IMG/VR virus record: IMGVR_UViG_3300032301_000155
Span: 1-35,211 of that record
Origin: a virus
Taxonomy: Duplodnaviria; Caudoviricetes
DNA length: 35,211 nt
Reading direction: 5' to 3' (one strand)
Part shown: positions 9,596 through 18,788 of the stretch, piece by piece
Layout of the letters: the number at the start of each line of letters is the position of its first letter
Numbering within the stretch: the first letter of the stretch is position 1
Position numbers and translations under genes: made by a program
Notes under the pieces: model-generated
The model's database searches: none
Told to the model about the DNA's origin: nothing
The model's input: the letters and a program-made list of their open reading frames with translations, nothing else

Positions 9596-10065
9596 TAAAA
9601 ACTCACTACATCGCCATAAACAGCGAAATTAACGGTGTTGGTATTGCCTGAAGCAGTAACAACATTAACAAATAAGGCTGAGGTAGTAGATCCAGATACA
9701 GCAGTATTAGCGCTGTACGAACCTGCTATTGCTAAGTCTTGGTAACGACCAGCAGTTGTTAAATTGCTAAGTACCACATTAGCAACAACGGCATTAGAGA
9801 TATTGCCGTCACTACTTGTGGTAATAGAAATATTAGCAAGCGATACATTACCTGATGGATTGTTAGCAACAATTCTACGAATAATGACACTTCCAGAATT
9901 AGATACTGCTCCACCGTTTGTTAAGCCACCACTTAGTAAAGGCATTTCAACGCCAGTAACCGTTCCATTACCAGTCACATTTAGTAACTGTGCTACAGCG
10001 ATTGCAACACGAGCATTACCAAAATTATCTAAAGTAAAAGAACGAACTGCATTTGGATTAGCCAT
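9595..10065 (-). CDS. putative capsid decoration/cement protein
   Basis: 156 aa, beta-rich and Asn/Ser/Val-rich; second gene after the major capsid gene. Confidence 0.5.
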   Translation of the reverse strand: MANPNAVRSFTLDNFGNARVAIAVAQLLNVTGNGTVTGVEMPLLSGGLTNGGAVSNSGSVIIRRIVANNPSGNVSLANISITTSSDGNISNAVVANVVLSNLTTAGRYQDLAIAGSYSANTAVSGSTTSALFVNVVTASGNTNTVNFAVYGDVVSF

Positions 10066-10076
10066 TACTGTTCTCC

Positions 10077-10418
10077 TTAACTTGCAAAAGTGCTAGACAC
10101 AGGAGAACCACCATTTACAGTCACTAACTGTACTGTAGCGTTGGTAGTAGCCAATAACTGAACATTCGTACCGTCAGAAATAATCATTCCGCCTGAGTTA
10201 GTGGGGTACACATTTGAAAATGTAGCCACATTAGAGGTGGAGTTATAACTTGTGACAGTTTGAATGACCACATTGGATGTACCAATAACAAGGTAAGTTC
10301 CAGCAGGTACAACATTTCCTGCTGTGGTTGCAGCTATGTTTGCAGCAGCTTGAAAGTACGCACCTGGCGTATTTTCGTATGTACCTGCTATGAGGATTTT
10401 ATTTAAACCGAGTGCCAT
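10077..10418 (-). CDS. putative capsid decoration protein
   Basis: 113 aa, beta-rich; directly after the major capsid gene; AGGAG RBS. Confidence 0.5.
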   Translation of the reverse strand: MALGLNKILIAGTYENTPGAYFQAAANIAATTAGNVVPAGTYLVIGTSNVVIQTVTSYNSTSNVATFSNVYPTNSGGMIISDGTNVQLLATTNATVQLVTVNGGSPVSSTFAS

Positions 10419-10429
10419 GACTATTCTCC

Positions 10430-11440
10430 TTAGATAGAAATTGAGTTATAGCCAGAAACTCTGGTCATTGACTTAGGCTTAACGCTCACTAATTCAGCGA
10501 TCATTAAGACAGCGCCAACATAGCCGATCTGCCAGTTTGGTAGAGTTGATTCAAAACCAGTAAATACGAATGAACCTTGATCGTGAATATACAAGGATAA
10601 GTAGTTGCTGTTAATGAAATACACAGTACCTTCTGGGCAATACGGATCAGGATAGATTGGAACTCCAGCTACCATCAAAGCTCTAAACGCAGCTTGAGGA
10701 CCGTTGCTGTCACTATCAAAACCATGTCCTGGGGTAATAACATACTGCTCTTGACCAACATAGTCTTGAGCTAAAAGTGTCCAAGTACCAAAACCGCAAA
10801 CACCAAAAGTAGGCACTTCTGCACCGTTTTTAACAGTTCCAGAAATATACTGAAGAATGTTTTGACGAGTTGGGTTTACTGAACCTGCGTTATATACTTT
10901 TGACTTCCACCAAGTATTGGCTGTACGACTGATGTTACCGTAGGTAACCATGTTCGTACCGTCATCAATAGCACCTGGCAAGCCAATGAACTGTTGAGTG
11001 TTGGTGTAGTTGTTGTACAAAGCAGTTGCCATTGCATCCATCATCACATTGGTCGCATCATTCATACGAGCTTCAATGAGAGGGATAATTGCATAGTCTT
11101 GCTGAACTGCACCTTCCATACCAAGAAATGGTACTGGTGAGATCATCAGTTTTAAGTTGAACTCAGCGTTATACGCACCTTGTTGAACTGACGGCTGGTT
11201 AAACGAACCAGAGTAGTCAGACCATTGGGCGTTGACGAATTGAGCACCTTGAACTGGTACTGTTACTTGGGATACACCACCTGAAGCCTGTTGACTGTTA
11301 GCAATCAAAGCAGCCATGAGGGGTGTGCTGTTGTAAATCTGCACGACCAGTTTAGGGATAAACGCTCTACGAGTTACATAAGTAAGTTCGTTATATTGCG
11401 ATGAACCCGATGCTGGTACTATTCCGCCACCTATCGGCAT
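10430..11440 (-). CDS. major capsid protein
   Basis: 336 aa downstream of portal and scaffold; strong GGAG RBS; GVPIYPDPYCPEGTVYFINSNYL resembles the C-terminal region of HK97-fold capsid proteins. Confidence 0.85.
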   Translation of the reverse strand: MPIGGGIVPASGSSQYNELTYVTRRAFIPKLVVQIYNSTPLMAALIANSQQASGGVSQVTVPVQGAQFVNAQWSDYSGSFNQPSVQQGAYNAEFNLKLMISPVPFLGMEGAVQQDYAIIPLIEARMNDATNVMMDAMATALYNNYTNTQQFIGLPGAIDDGTNMVTYGNISRTANTWWKSKVYNAGSVNPTRQNILQYISGTVKNGAEVPTFGVCGFGTWTLLAQDYVGQEQYVITPGHGFDSDSNGPQAAFRALMVAGVPIYPDPYCPEGTVYFINSNYLSLYIHDQGSFVFTGFESTLPNWQIGYVGAVLMIAELVSVKPKSMTRVSGYNSISI

Positions 11441-11476
11441 AATAATTCTCCGTTAAAAATATCCCCTAAACTGCGA

Positions 11477-12016
11477 TTAAATGCCAATAGGTCTGGTGTT
11501 CTTACGCAGATCCATTAGCGCTTGTGCTGCTTCATTCCTTGCACCTTGAACTGGGTTTTTCCAATACTTAGAAAGGTCAAACTTACCAATGGCGCTCGGG
11601 TTGTAACCCATGCTGTTATTGCCTGCTGGAGTAGCTGCTTGTTTCATCCAATCCCAATACTGTGCTGCGGTTTCGTGATTGGTCATACCTTGCTCTAGCA
11701 TCAATTTTTCAATCTCTGCAATGTCCTCGTCTGTTTGAGCTAAACCTTTAGACTTTAGTTTTGCTCTACGATTTTCAAGTTCTTGCACAGCATCTTTTTC
11801 ACGCAGTTTAGCTTCTAATTGCATAACTCGTTCTTCGGCAGCGTTCACCTTTTTCTCGGTGTAGTCCTCAATGTCAAGTTCTGGAATTGGAAGATTTGGT
11901 CTGACTTTTTTGGTCAAACGCAATACTTCTTTGCGTGTAGCGGGATCTTCAGCCAAGTTTTTCATTAACAAGGCTAATTCATCCCGTTGTTCTAAACTGA
12001 TATCTTCTAAGCTCAT
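11477..12016 (-). CDS. putative scaffolding protein
   Basis: 179 aa, charged coiled-coil, immediately upstream of the major capsid gene. Confidence 0.6.
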   Translation of the reverse strand: MSLEDISLEQRDELALLMKNLAEDPATRKEVLRLTKKVRPNLPIPELDIEDYTEKKVNAAEERVMQLEAKLREKDAVQELENRRAKLKSKGLAQTDEDIAEIEKLMLEQGMTNHETAAQYWDWMKQAATPAGNNSMGYNPSAIGKFDLSKYWKNPVQGARNEAAQALMDLRKNTRPIGI

Positions 12017-12035
12017 AATCTATCCCCTTACTTAG

Positions 12036-12221
12036 TTAAATAACTTTTTTAGTATCGCCAGGCTTAGACATATTCATCATATTCTTGTAGCCAGCTTTAC
12101 CTGAAGAATCCAAGCCACCAAACTCTGAATAACGAGGAGTATTGATAACTTGACCATTTTTTTGATTGTTGTCAGTAGGTCTGCGAGGACTTGCTGAACC
12201 ACGAGGTTTAAAGAGTTCCAT
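12036..12221 (-). CDS. hypothetical protein
   Basis: 61 aa; AAGGA RBS; in the head operon. Confidence 0.65.
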   Translation of the reverse strand: MELFKPRGSASPRRPTDNNQKNGQVINTPRYSEFGGLDSSGKAGYKNMMNMSKPGDTKKVI

Positions 12222-12230
12222 AATGTTTCC

Positions 12231-12734
12231 TTACATTGCGGGGGTTGGAGGAGGCATACCGCCAGGAGCGCCACCGCCCATTGGGGGAGGAGGCATACCG
12301 CCAGGTGACATACCAGGGATTGCGGGTGCTTGTGCCATTGCTTTACCTTCAGGCGTTGCACCACCAGCTTGAGGTAATGTTTGTAACATTTGCATGATTT
12401 CTGCGGGTTGCAGCTCGTTAGTCTTAGCTTTCTTAGGACCAATTACGCTGCTCATTCCACGAATAGCTGATAGAACTCTTTGTCCTTCTGGGCTTTCGCT
12501 TCCTAGGGCTGGCAAAGATTGTTCTAACAAATCCATCGCCATTGAAATATTGATCATGGCCGCTTCACGATTACCCATCTTCGGTTCTGGGGTACTCATG
12601 GGTGAACCCATAGGAGGAGCAGAAGCATCAGACATTGCTTGTCCAGCATCAGCAGTAGGAGGCAAACCACCAGGAGTGGCTGAATCCTTCTGGCTTTGAA
12701 TCATTTTCATCAGTTGATCTGAGGGTACGCCCAT
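12231..12734 (-). CDS. Pro/Met/Gly-rich hypothetical head protein
   Basis: 167 aa with low-complexity termini and a helical core; first gene after the promoter at 12761-12788. Confidence 0.7.
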   Translation of the reverse strand: MGVPSDQLMKMIQSQKDSATPGGLPPTADAGQAMSDASAPPMGSPMSTPEPKMGNREAAMINISMAMDLLEQSLPALGSESPEGQRVLSAIRGMSSVIGPKKAKTNELQPAEIMQMLQTLPQAGGATPEGKAMAQAPAIPGMSPGGMPPPPMGGGAPGGMPPPTPAM

Positions 12735-12760
12735 AATCTTTTCCTATCAAATTACTGCTA

Positions 12761-12788
12761 ATCGTAATCTTAATCTATCAGATGTCAA
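12761..12788 (-). promoter_or_regulatory. sigma70-like promoter for the capsid operon
   Basis: Minus strand TTGACA-N16-TACGAT, about 27 nt upstream of ATG 12734. Confidence 0.6.
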
Positions 12789-12861
12789 GTGGGGAGGATT
12801 ATTTAGTTTCCCCCTCCCTCCAGGACTTGTTTGGTCACCCAAAGCAATCCTTACGGATTAC
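12786..12861 (-). other. three contiguous RNA hairpins, two with GNRA loops
   Basis: GUAAUCC-GUAA-GGAUUGC (12861-12844), UUUGG-GUGA-CCAAA (12843-12830), CAAGU..GGGAGG..CCUCCC.ACUUG (12829-12786). Confidence 0.55.
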
Positions 12862-12896
12862 TTACGAGCTTTACGACCTTTACGCTTTGTACGCAT
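12858..12896 (-). CDS. 12-aa basic micro-peptide MRTKRKGRKARK
   Basis: GGAGA-N7-ATG; TAA stop; paralogous to two adjacent micro-ORFs. An alternative in-frame ATG at 12929 lacks an RBS. Confidence 0.65.
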   Translation of the reverse strand: MRTKRKGRKARK

Positions 12897-12983
12897 TGTG
12901 ATTTCTCCAATAAGCGTTTGCCTACTCATTTTTTAGGGAGAGCAGGACACCCCTTTTCTCTTTCGTGTGAAGGAGCGAGAAAC

Positions 12984-13028
12984 TTATCTGCGGGTTTTAC
13001 GACCACGCTTGCCTTTTCTACCGTACAT
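12984..13028 (-). CDS. 14-aa basic micro-peptide MYGRKGKRGRKTRR
   Basis: GGAGA-N5-ATG; TAA stop. Confidence 0.65.
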   Translation of the reverse strand: MYGRKGKRGRKTRR

Positions 13029-13060
13029 ATTCATCTCCAGTTAGCTATCCCCTACTCAAA

Positions 13061-13102
13061 TTATTTGCAGCTTTTACGACCTTTGCGAGTTTTGCGAACC
13101 AT
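13061..13102 (-). CDS. 13-aa basic micro-peptide MVRKTRKGRKSCK
   Basis: GGAGG-N5-ATG; TAA stop. Confidence 0.65.
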   Translation of the reverse strand: MVRKTRKGRKSCK

Positions 13103-13120
13103 GTTGACCTCCAAAATGAA

Positions 13121-13285
13121 CTATCCCCTAACTGTACGACCATAAGTCCTAGCTTTTGGACCACGATCAAAATTCTGTGCTCCTGAAACACGATACTCTA
13201 AATTCGGTGATCGTTCACCACTTTTTAGCGAACCTGTAGTTACTCTGGGTTGATCTGCTTTAGGTTGTACATTTTGTTGTGCCAT
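13121..13285 (-). CDS. 54-aa hypothetical protein (MAQQNVQPKADQPRV...RTYGRTVRG)
   Basis: TAATG overlap with the portal stop; GAGG RBS; absent from the ORF track (54 aa). Confidence 0.7.
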   Translation of the reverse strand: MAQQNVQPKADQPRVTTGSLKSGERSPNLEYRVSGAQNFDRGPKARTYGRTVRG

Positions 13286-14910
13286 TAGCCTACCTCTGGT
13301 TCTTTCTTTCCTTTAGGAGCTGGAGCTTGCGGAGCTGGCTGGTTAGCTTGCTCCTTCTCCCGCTTCTTGAGTTTATCTTTAATTAATTGTTTCATTGGTG
13401 GTTCAACTAAGTCAAGCAATGATTCTTTGTCAATAGCTTGCGCTTTAAACAAATTAAATGCAAGAGAGCGTAAATCCTCTTGAAAAATAGGGCTGTTAGA
13501 GTGAGCATCTACTTTAACCACAAAGTCTGTAGTAAATTGCTCAATAATAAACGGCACATCATCCGAGTCTTTGTAATGGGTGTCGTTATAGGTTTGCATG
13601 AGCTTGAGATACAGCGTTGCCACCTTTTCCAAGCTATCTTCTACAATCAACGCCCTTTTTTTCGCCCTTGACGATCCAAGTCGGGCTAATTGACTGGCAT
13701 GACCTTGGCTTCTAACACCTGATTCACCTCTGCCACTAAGCACATTACTGATACCAGATACTTCGGCAAACATCGCATCAATTTCATGTAACACTTCAAA
13801 CAAGTCGGCTGGCATAGTAGGTGCTAGGCGCTCTACCTTAGCGTTAGGCATATCAGAAGCCAACAAACCCCCTGGGCGATTTAGTGCAAAATTCTTTTCA
13901 TCCAAAATGCCTGTAAAACCAACTAAGCTGGTAGGCGGTGATACTTGCTTGGACAATAGATCGAGAATTTCGGTCATACGGGCATTGCGAAGGGATTGCA
14001 ATAGCATGAGCTTTTGACATTCGGATGTTCCCCAATAGTAGTCATACTGTGGGTTAGGACAAATTTGCACAAAGGGCAATTCACCCTTTAGGAACAGGCT
14101 TGCGCCAGGTCTGTCATAAATAATGACATCGGGTGCAGCCATTGTGACGCATTGATAATCAGCAGTATCGTCATTCCATACCCACAACTCTTTCATCTCA
14201 ATGGTTTCTTCAGCAACTCTGGCTTTGTAGCGGTTCATACCGTACAACTCCATGTTGACATTACCGTAAATATTTGGACTGCTCTGGCTCATTACAATGC
14301 GATTAACGGCATCAGGAATATCCGATTCTTGCTCACGATAACCAGCCGTTACTCTAGCAACAATATCTTCTCGCTTGGGATGAGAGTAAAGGCGGTTATA
14401 CAGTTCACTCTTAGTGATGTAATAAGTTTGAACTATTGCTTCTTGCCTGTCTGTATAAGGTATATCTTCTCTTAACACGCCTATTGCAGAAGGCTCAATC
14501 ATGTAAGGGTAGATACCGTTGTTATATACCAACTTAACAAAAGTGCTGTTGTACACCAAGGCGTAAGTTAATGCGCTAGAAAATATTTGGTCTGCGTTAG
14601 AATTAAGCCACTCATCATTTAAGGCTTGGGTTAGTACACCCGCTTTTTTATGCTCCATATTAGGTACAGAAGCACCCAGATTAATAGAAAAGCGAGTAGT
14701 TTCAGCCGAATACAAAAAGCTCGTAAGCTGATCTAGGTGAGGATTGATTTTATTAAAGTACGCTGGCGGTTCTTCAGGTCCAGCGCCAAACAAAAAGTAT
14801 GACCGTTGTGTGGTGTAATCCCCACGCCTTTCTTCTCTTGATACCAAACACTTTTGGATCAGGTCTAAGTAAAAATATTCTCGCTCAGTATTATTTGACG
14901 GGATTTTCAT
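13285..14910 (-). CDS. portal protein
   Basis: 541 aa between terminase and capsid genes; FNKINPH and EVSGISNVLSGRG..GVRS motifs typical of P22-like portals. Confidence 0.85.
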   Translation of the reverse strand: MKIPSNNTEREYFYLDLIQKCLVSREERRGDYTTQRSYFLFGAGPEEPPAYFNKINPHLDQLTSFLYSAETTRFSINLGASVPNMEHKKAGVLTQALNDEWLNSNADQIFSSALTYALVYNSTFVKLVYNNGIYPYMIEPSAIGVLREDIPYTDRQEAIVQTYYITKSELYNRLYSHPKREDIVARVTAGYREQESDIPDAVNRIVMSQSSPNIYGNVNMELYGMNRYKARVAEETIEMKELWVWNDDTADYQCVTMAAPDVIIYDRPGASLFLKGELPFVQICPNPQYDYYWGTSECQKLMLLQSLRNARMTEILDLLSKQVSPPTSLVGFTGILDEKNFALNRPGGLLASDMPNAKVERLAPTMPADLFEVLHEIDAMFAEVSGISNVLSGRGESGVRSQGHASQLARLGSSRAKKRALIVEDSLEKVATLYLKLMQTYNDTHYKDSDDVPFIIEQFTTDFVVKVDAHSNSPIFQEDLRSLAFNLFKAQAIDKESLLDLVEPPMKQLIKDKLKKREKEQANQPAPQAPAPKGKKEPEVG

Positions 14911-15488
14911 TTTTTGATCTGTAAGTTATCAGGATCTCTCATAGTACCACCAGGCAAGGTTGTAGGTCCTGTTCTAATTCCCGCTTGCCCTGGTGACAAG
15001 CCTACTTGCTCGGCTTCTTTGCCTAATGATGGTCCAACAGGGTTGGCAAACTTTCCAGCAAGAATGGATTGCATATTCATACCGTTTTGTCCACCGCCCC
15101 AGATCGCTGCATCACCTGGTCGAGCTTCTCTTGGACCTTCTTGTGGCGGTTGTGGCGCTTGCGGTTTGATTCGATCTTTGTTGACACCTTTTTTGCGGGT
15201 GGCAAACTTTTCGGCATCTGCGTATTCTTTTTCGGTAAATTTGTTTTTACGGGTAAGAAAGTTTTCTTGGTGCTCGCCTTCTTTTGTGGTTTTGATGTCC
15301 GACATACCAAACTCGATGGCGAGTTGCTTGGTGGATTTGTCGGTAAATCTGGTTTTTGCGCTGACCAAGTTAGGAGCTTGCAAAAATACGACCATAACTT
15401 CTTCATGGCAACCTTTCATTGGGCATTTAGCCTGTTTTGATTCAAAATACCCATGTACTGCACAATGATAATCATTTATTACCGCCAT
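14907..15488 (-). CDS. hypothetical protein with N-terminal zinc-ribbon (FmdB-like)
   Basis: DYHCAVHG...KCPMKGC; overlapping stop/start with the portal gene. Confidence 0.6.
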   Translation of the reverse strand: MAVINDYHCAVHGYFESKQAKCPMKGCHEEVMVVFLQAPNLVSAKTRFTDKSTKQLAIEFGMSDIKTTKEGEHQENFLTRKNKFTEKEYADAEKFATRKKGVNKDRIKPQAPQPPQEGPREARPGDAAIWGGGQNGMNMQSILAGKFANPVGPSLGKEAEQVGLSPGQAGIRTGPTTLPGGTMRDPDNLQIKK

Positions 15489-15490
15489 TT

Positions 15491-15886
15491 CTATCCCCTT
15501 TCAAGCTGTTCGTCAAGTGTTTGGTCAAAATAATCATAACGATTAGCAATTCCCATTTTGATTGTGAATTGCCCGTTTACTAACTGCAATTTGCTTTCTT
15601 TTTTCAAAGCTGGGCGCGCTTCCTTGCGATATTCATAAAATTTGGTGTTATCTCGGTTTTGCATAATTGCAATTTGTCCATCTTTCCATTCTGTATACGC
15701 TTTTGACACCCTTCTTTGTACAAATTCAGATAAGGGCAAATTTTGATATAAAAAGACCTCTTTAATAATGCTTTCTGATACCCCTGCTAATTGCGCAAAC
15801 ATAGCAATGCTAATTTCGCGATTTTTATCTTTTAAAAAGCGGTACATTACTTTACGCAAAACGGTTTTAGGCAAAGTAGGTTTCAT
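15491..15886 (-). CDS. hypothetical protein, possible HTH
   Basis: ISIAMFAQLAGVSESIIKEV resembles a helix-turn-helix; ATGA-coupled to terL. Confidence 0.55.
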   Translation of the reverse strand: MKPTLPKTVLRKVMYRFLKDKNREISIAMFAQLAGVSESIIKEVFLYQNLPLSEFVQRRVSKAYTEWKDGQIAIMQNRDNTKFYEYRKEARPALKKESKLQLVNGQFTIKMGIANRYDYFDQTLDEQLERG

Positions 15887-17646
15887 TGGCCGTAAACCCC
15901 TATTCTTTTAAGGTAGTCCGATACATTGCGCCCAACCGTTAACTGCTCTGGGGTAAATTCATCTTGGGTACGAGATACATTCTTTGTAATCTTTTGAGCA
16001 ATCAATCTAGGCTGTACTTGTTCTGCAAAGGCAGCGCAAGCTAGGGCAGCAGCAATAACCCTGTCATCCTTGTTGCGACCTGAAGCCTCAATCGAGCCAC
16101 CATCACGCACAATGGTTTTCATCTCCTCAATGGTGTCCATATCGTAAATGTCCATCATGCCACGCTCAAAAAAGTCTTTCATGTAGGTCAGCATCCGCTC
16201 TTTGGTAGCTGCCGTTGTTAGCCAGCCAATGGAGTTGGACATCCCGCCAAGGGTGTCATTCCTGCGCCAAATGTAGTTTTGCATATTGGCATACACATCC
16301 ATGAGGTCTTTACCCATAGCGCTACCCATCGCAGCAGCCTGTCTGCGTAAGTTCTTTAGTTCATTAATCACCGCTTGCCCTGGACCATTAATTTCTAGGT
16401 TTAAAGTCGAGTTTTTGTATGCGCCAGCAAGGTGGGCAATAATCCATGCAAACTGGTAGGTGTTTAATTCTGAAGTAGCAAAGCAAGCAACTTGCTCTAA
16501 ACCATCGGCATATACCCTAAAGACCTGAATACAAAATCGATCAGCCCAGTCAGAGCTACCATAAGCTGGATCAGCACCAATAACATAATAAGCAGTATCA
16601 ACAGGTTCTTCCCATATTTTGAGAGTAGCCAGTCGTTCTGTGGATTTAATAACTTCCGTATCCTGAAAGTTAACCCCAAAGCTATAGCGGTAATAATCGC
16701 AGTTAATCTTTTTAAGCAATTTAACGGCATCGGTACACCTTGCGTTAGAGAAGAACGAAGTTCCCGTCATTACAAAAGCGTAGTCCTCGGTAGGCGGGAA
16801 TTCCTGATACATCAGGCTTTCATCCTTTATACCCTCACTCATCTTCCAACGCCACCAGGCTAATTGGCGGGAATTGATCTCAAAACCATAGAGCTTTTTA
16901 ATATCCCGTACCCATTCTTTTTCCTCACCCGTCATCCTGCCATCCCAGTACACCTTGTAGATTTGGGAATCTGGATCAGCCATGTATAGCTCATTGCGCC
17001 ACCAGCCACAAAAAATGGCTCGCTGGGTTCTAGCCCTTTTAGCGGTGACATACATATCGTGAAACATATTAAAACCACGAGCTGTCGATTCAAAGATATA
17101 CATCCGATCTGGATTGGTTTCCGCAAGGGAAGCTAGTAGGGAGGCTAGTCCTTCTTCATCTCCCCAGGAACTGGTTTCTGTTCCATGTAGGTATGTAATA
17201 GCCTTACCACGACCCAAACTTCCTTTCGCTCTAAGCCCAGCGACTTGATAAAAGAGACGGCTTCGGTTTTTGAGGGAAAGCTGATTTCGGTTGTGAGCAA
17301 TGAGCGGGATGCGATACTCTTTGGGCAAACCATCCATATACATGGCAAGGGTTGATCGGAACATATCCCGATTTTCTTCCGTATCAGTTGTGAGTGTGCC
17401 TTGAAGCCCTGGATGGGTGAAGTGCCAGTAGAGATCAAGTGCGAGTGATATTGTAGTGATTCCAAGTTGCCGACCTTTCAAGATGACAAAAAAATGGACA
17501 TCTTCCTCTAAACCTTTAGCAAACTCCTCCATGACATAAGTTTGCGTACCTAAAAGATGGTCCATATTGCGTAAGCCTTGCTCTTTGGTTTCAATCTTGA
17601 GCTGCTTACAAAAGTGGTAAAACTGGTTTAAATTAAATTTGCTCAT
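15883..17646 (-). CDS. terL: terminase large subunit
   Basis: Walker A ILKGRQLGITT, Walker B-like YLHGTE, coupling motif ESTARG, nuclease IGADPA and KDDRVIA. Confidence 0.95.
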   Translation of the reverse strand: MSKFNLNQFYHFCKQLKIETKEQGLRNMDHLLGTQTYVMEEFAKGLEEDVHFFVILKGRQLGITTISLALDLYWHFTHPGLQGTLTTDTEENRDMFRSTLAMYMDGLPKEYRIPLIAHNRNQLSLKNRSRLFYQVAGLRAKGSLGRGKAITYLHGTETSSWGDEEGLASLLASLAETNPDRMYIFESTARGFNMFHDMYVTAKRARTQRAIFCGWWRNELYMADPDSQIYKVYWDGRMTGEEKEWVRDIKKLYGFEINSRQLAWWRWKMSEGIKDESLMYQEFPPTEDYAFVMTGTSFFSNARCTDAVKLLKKINCDYYRYSFGVNFQDTEVIKSTERLATLKIWEEPVDTAYYVIGADPAYGSSDWADRFCIQVFRVYADGLEQVACFATSELNTYQFAWIIAHLAGAYKNSTLNLEINGPGQAVINELKNLRRQAAAMGSAMGKDLMDVYANMQNYIWRRNDTLGGMSNSIGWLTTAATKERMLTYMKDFFERGMMDIYDMDTIEEMKTIVRDGGSIEASGRNKDDRVIAAALACAAFAEQVQPRLIAQKITKNVSRTQDEFTPEQLTVGRNVSDYLKRIGVYGQ

Positions 17647-18352
17647 TTAGCATCCAGGGCAATACTCCGTTGTGCCGTTTTAGCATTTCTGCGTTGCCCT
17701 GCTCAAAGAATTCTTTTTGAACCCCGCAGCCACCACCTAGTCTAAAGTTAAAGGTGTGCTTTAGGGTAGGCGCAAAGTTAGGAAACACTTGCTTTGCAGC
17801 AGCATAAAAATAACGATCTACCGCAATATCTTTGTTATTCAGAACTGGGGATATTTGTTTTAAACACTCGGTTTTCATACCCCACATACACCAATCCACA
17901 AAGTGATGGTTGGAATCTATCCAAACGGGGGATACTTCGCCAAGGGCTTCGCAATTATCGTTAAAAAGAAAAGCGCCTTCCTGATCACATATCTTGCGAA
18001 AAGAGTACGCCCAGTCATACCCTTCTTCGATCTTCTCCATAATGGTTTGCACATGGTTAGCCTCATACCAATCGTCATCGTTACAGAAGAAAGTCACATC
18101 CTCAGTAATAAGCTGAGGGGCTGCTGCGTACCAGCGTTGCCCAAGCCAGCCATCACCACCGATTCTGGCATCCCAATGGCAAACCTTGATATCGTAGTGA
18201 ATCCTTTTAAGTTCAGTAGAAAGCGCAAAGTTATTGTCCACTAACACATAATGCGTGCAAGGATAGGTTTGCGCCTTAATACTGGCTATGCAATTACTGA
18301 GCTGCCAGGGGCGCTTGCCATTCGTAACGGTGACTACGGCTGCGGTTTTCAT
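17633..18352 (-). CDS. glycosyltransferase family 2 (GT-A)
   Basis: CIASIKAQTYP..HYVLVD and FFCNDDDW (DxD-type) motifs. Confidence 0.85.
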   Translation of the reverse strand: MKTAAVVTVTNGKRPWQLSNCIASIKAQTYPCTHYVLVDNNFALSTELKRIHYDIKVCHWDARIGGDGWLGQRWYAAAPQLITEDVTFFCNDDDWYEANHVQTIMEKIEEGYDWAYSFRKICDQEGAFLFNDNCEALGEVSPVWIDSNHHFVDWCMWGMKTECLKQISPVLNNKDIAVDRYFYAAAKQVFPNFAPTLKHTFNFRLGGGCGVQKEFFEQGNAEMLKRHNGVLPWMLNEQI

Positions 18353-18603
18353 ATTTTGGACAGTCTTTTTTGTTCAAAGTTACCCAAATCCCAATACGCC
18401 ACTTTTAGGCGCGCATCGTGGTTTCTGGCTAAATGGATTAAGCCCACATAAGTCATATTGCTGTACTTTTCTTTCCACTCATTTGCCAACTTTATCTTTT
18501 GCTTTTTGGTTCGGCAAGAAATGGCTTTGAGCATTTCGCTTTTGTACAACACACGCTCTTGGTAGAGTTTTTCAATGTCTGATATCGCCATCTTCAGGAT
18601 CAA
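18349..18603 (-). CDS. hypothetical basic protein
   Basis: Coupled to neighbours; the true start may be the second Met (MAISD). Confidence 0.65.
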   Translation of the reverse strand: MILKMAISDIEKLYQERVLYKSEMLKAISCRTKKQKIKLANEWKEKYSNMTYVGLIHLARNHDARLKVAYWDLGNFEQKRLSKI

Positions 18604-18784
18604 GGATGTTTTTTAGACGGGTAATTTCTGCTTGAGCGGCCATCAGCAGCTTAGAGCTTTCGCCATGCACGCGCATTAACTCGTGAAAGATTTCGTCTTT
18701 ACCCATGCGCCAGACGCGTTCCATGTACATTTTTTTAGCCTGGTCATCAGCTTTTTCAATATATTGTTCTATTGTTTCCATCAT
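18572..18784 (-). CDS. hypothetical protein
   Basis: 70-aa helical ORF in the operon. Confidence 0.65.
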   Translation of the reverse strand: MMETIEQYIEKADDQAKKMYMERVWRMGKDEIFHELMRVHGESSKLLMAAQAEITRLKNILDPEDGDIRH

Positions 18785-18788
18785 ATTC

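Noticed and set aside
12858-13121. CRISPR-like or mini-array reading of the repeated units
   Set aside because: The repeats are degenerate, unevenly spaced and follow codon structure; no identical repeats and no cas genes.
12831-13145. 104-aa plus-strand ORF across the portal-capsid gap
   Set aside because: Antisense to an otherwise uniform late operon. The minus-strand micro-ORFs with RBSs explain the region better.
14914-15468. 184-aa plus-strand ORF and other overlapping frames
   Set aside because: Fully antisense to 14907-15488, which has an RBS and operon coupling.
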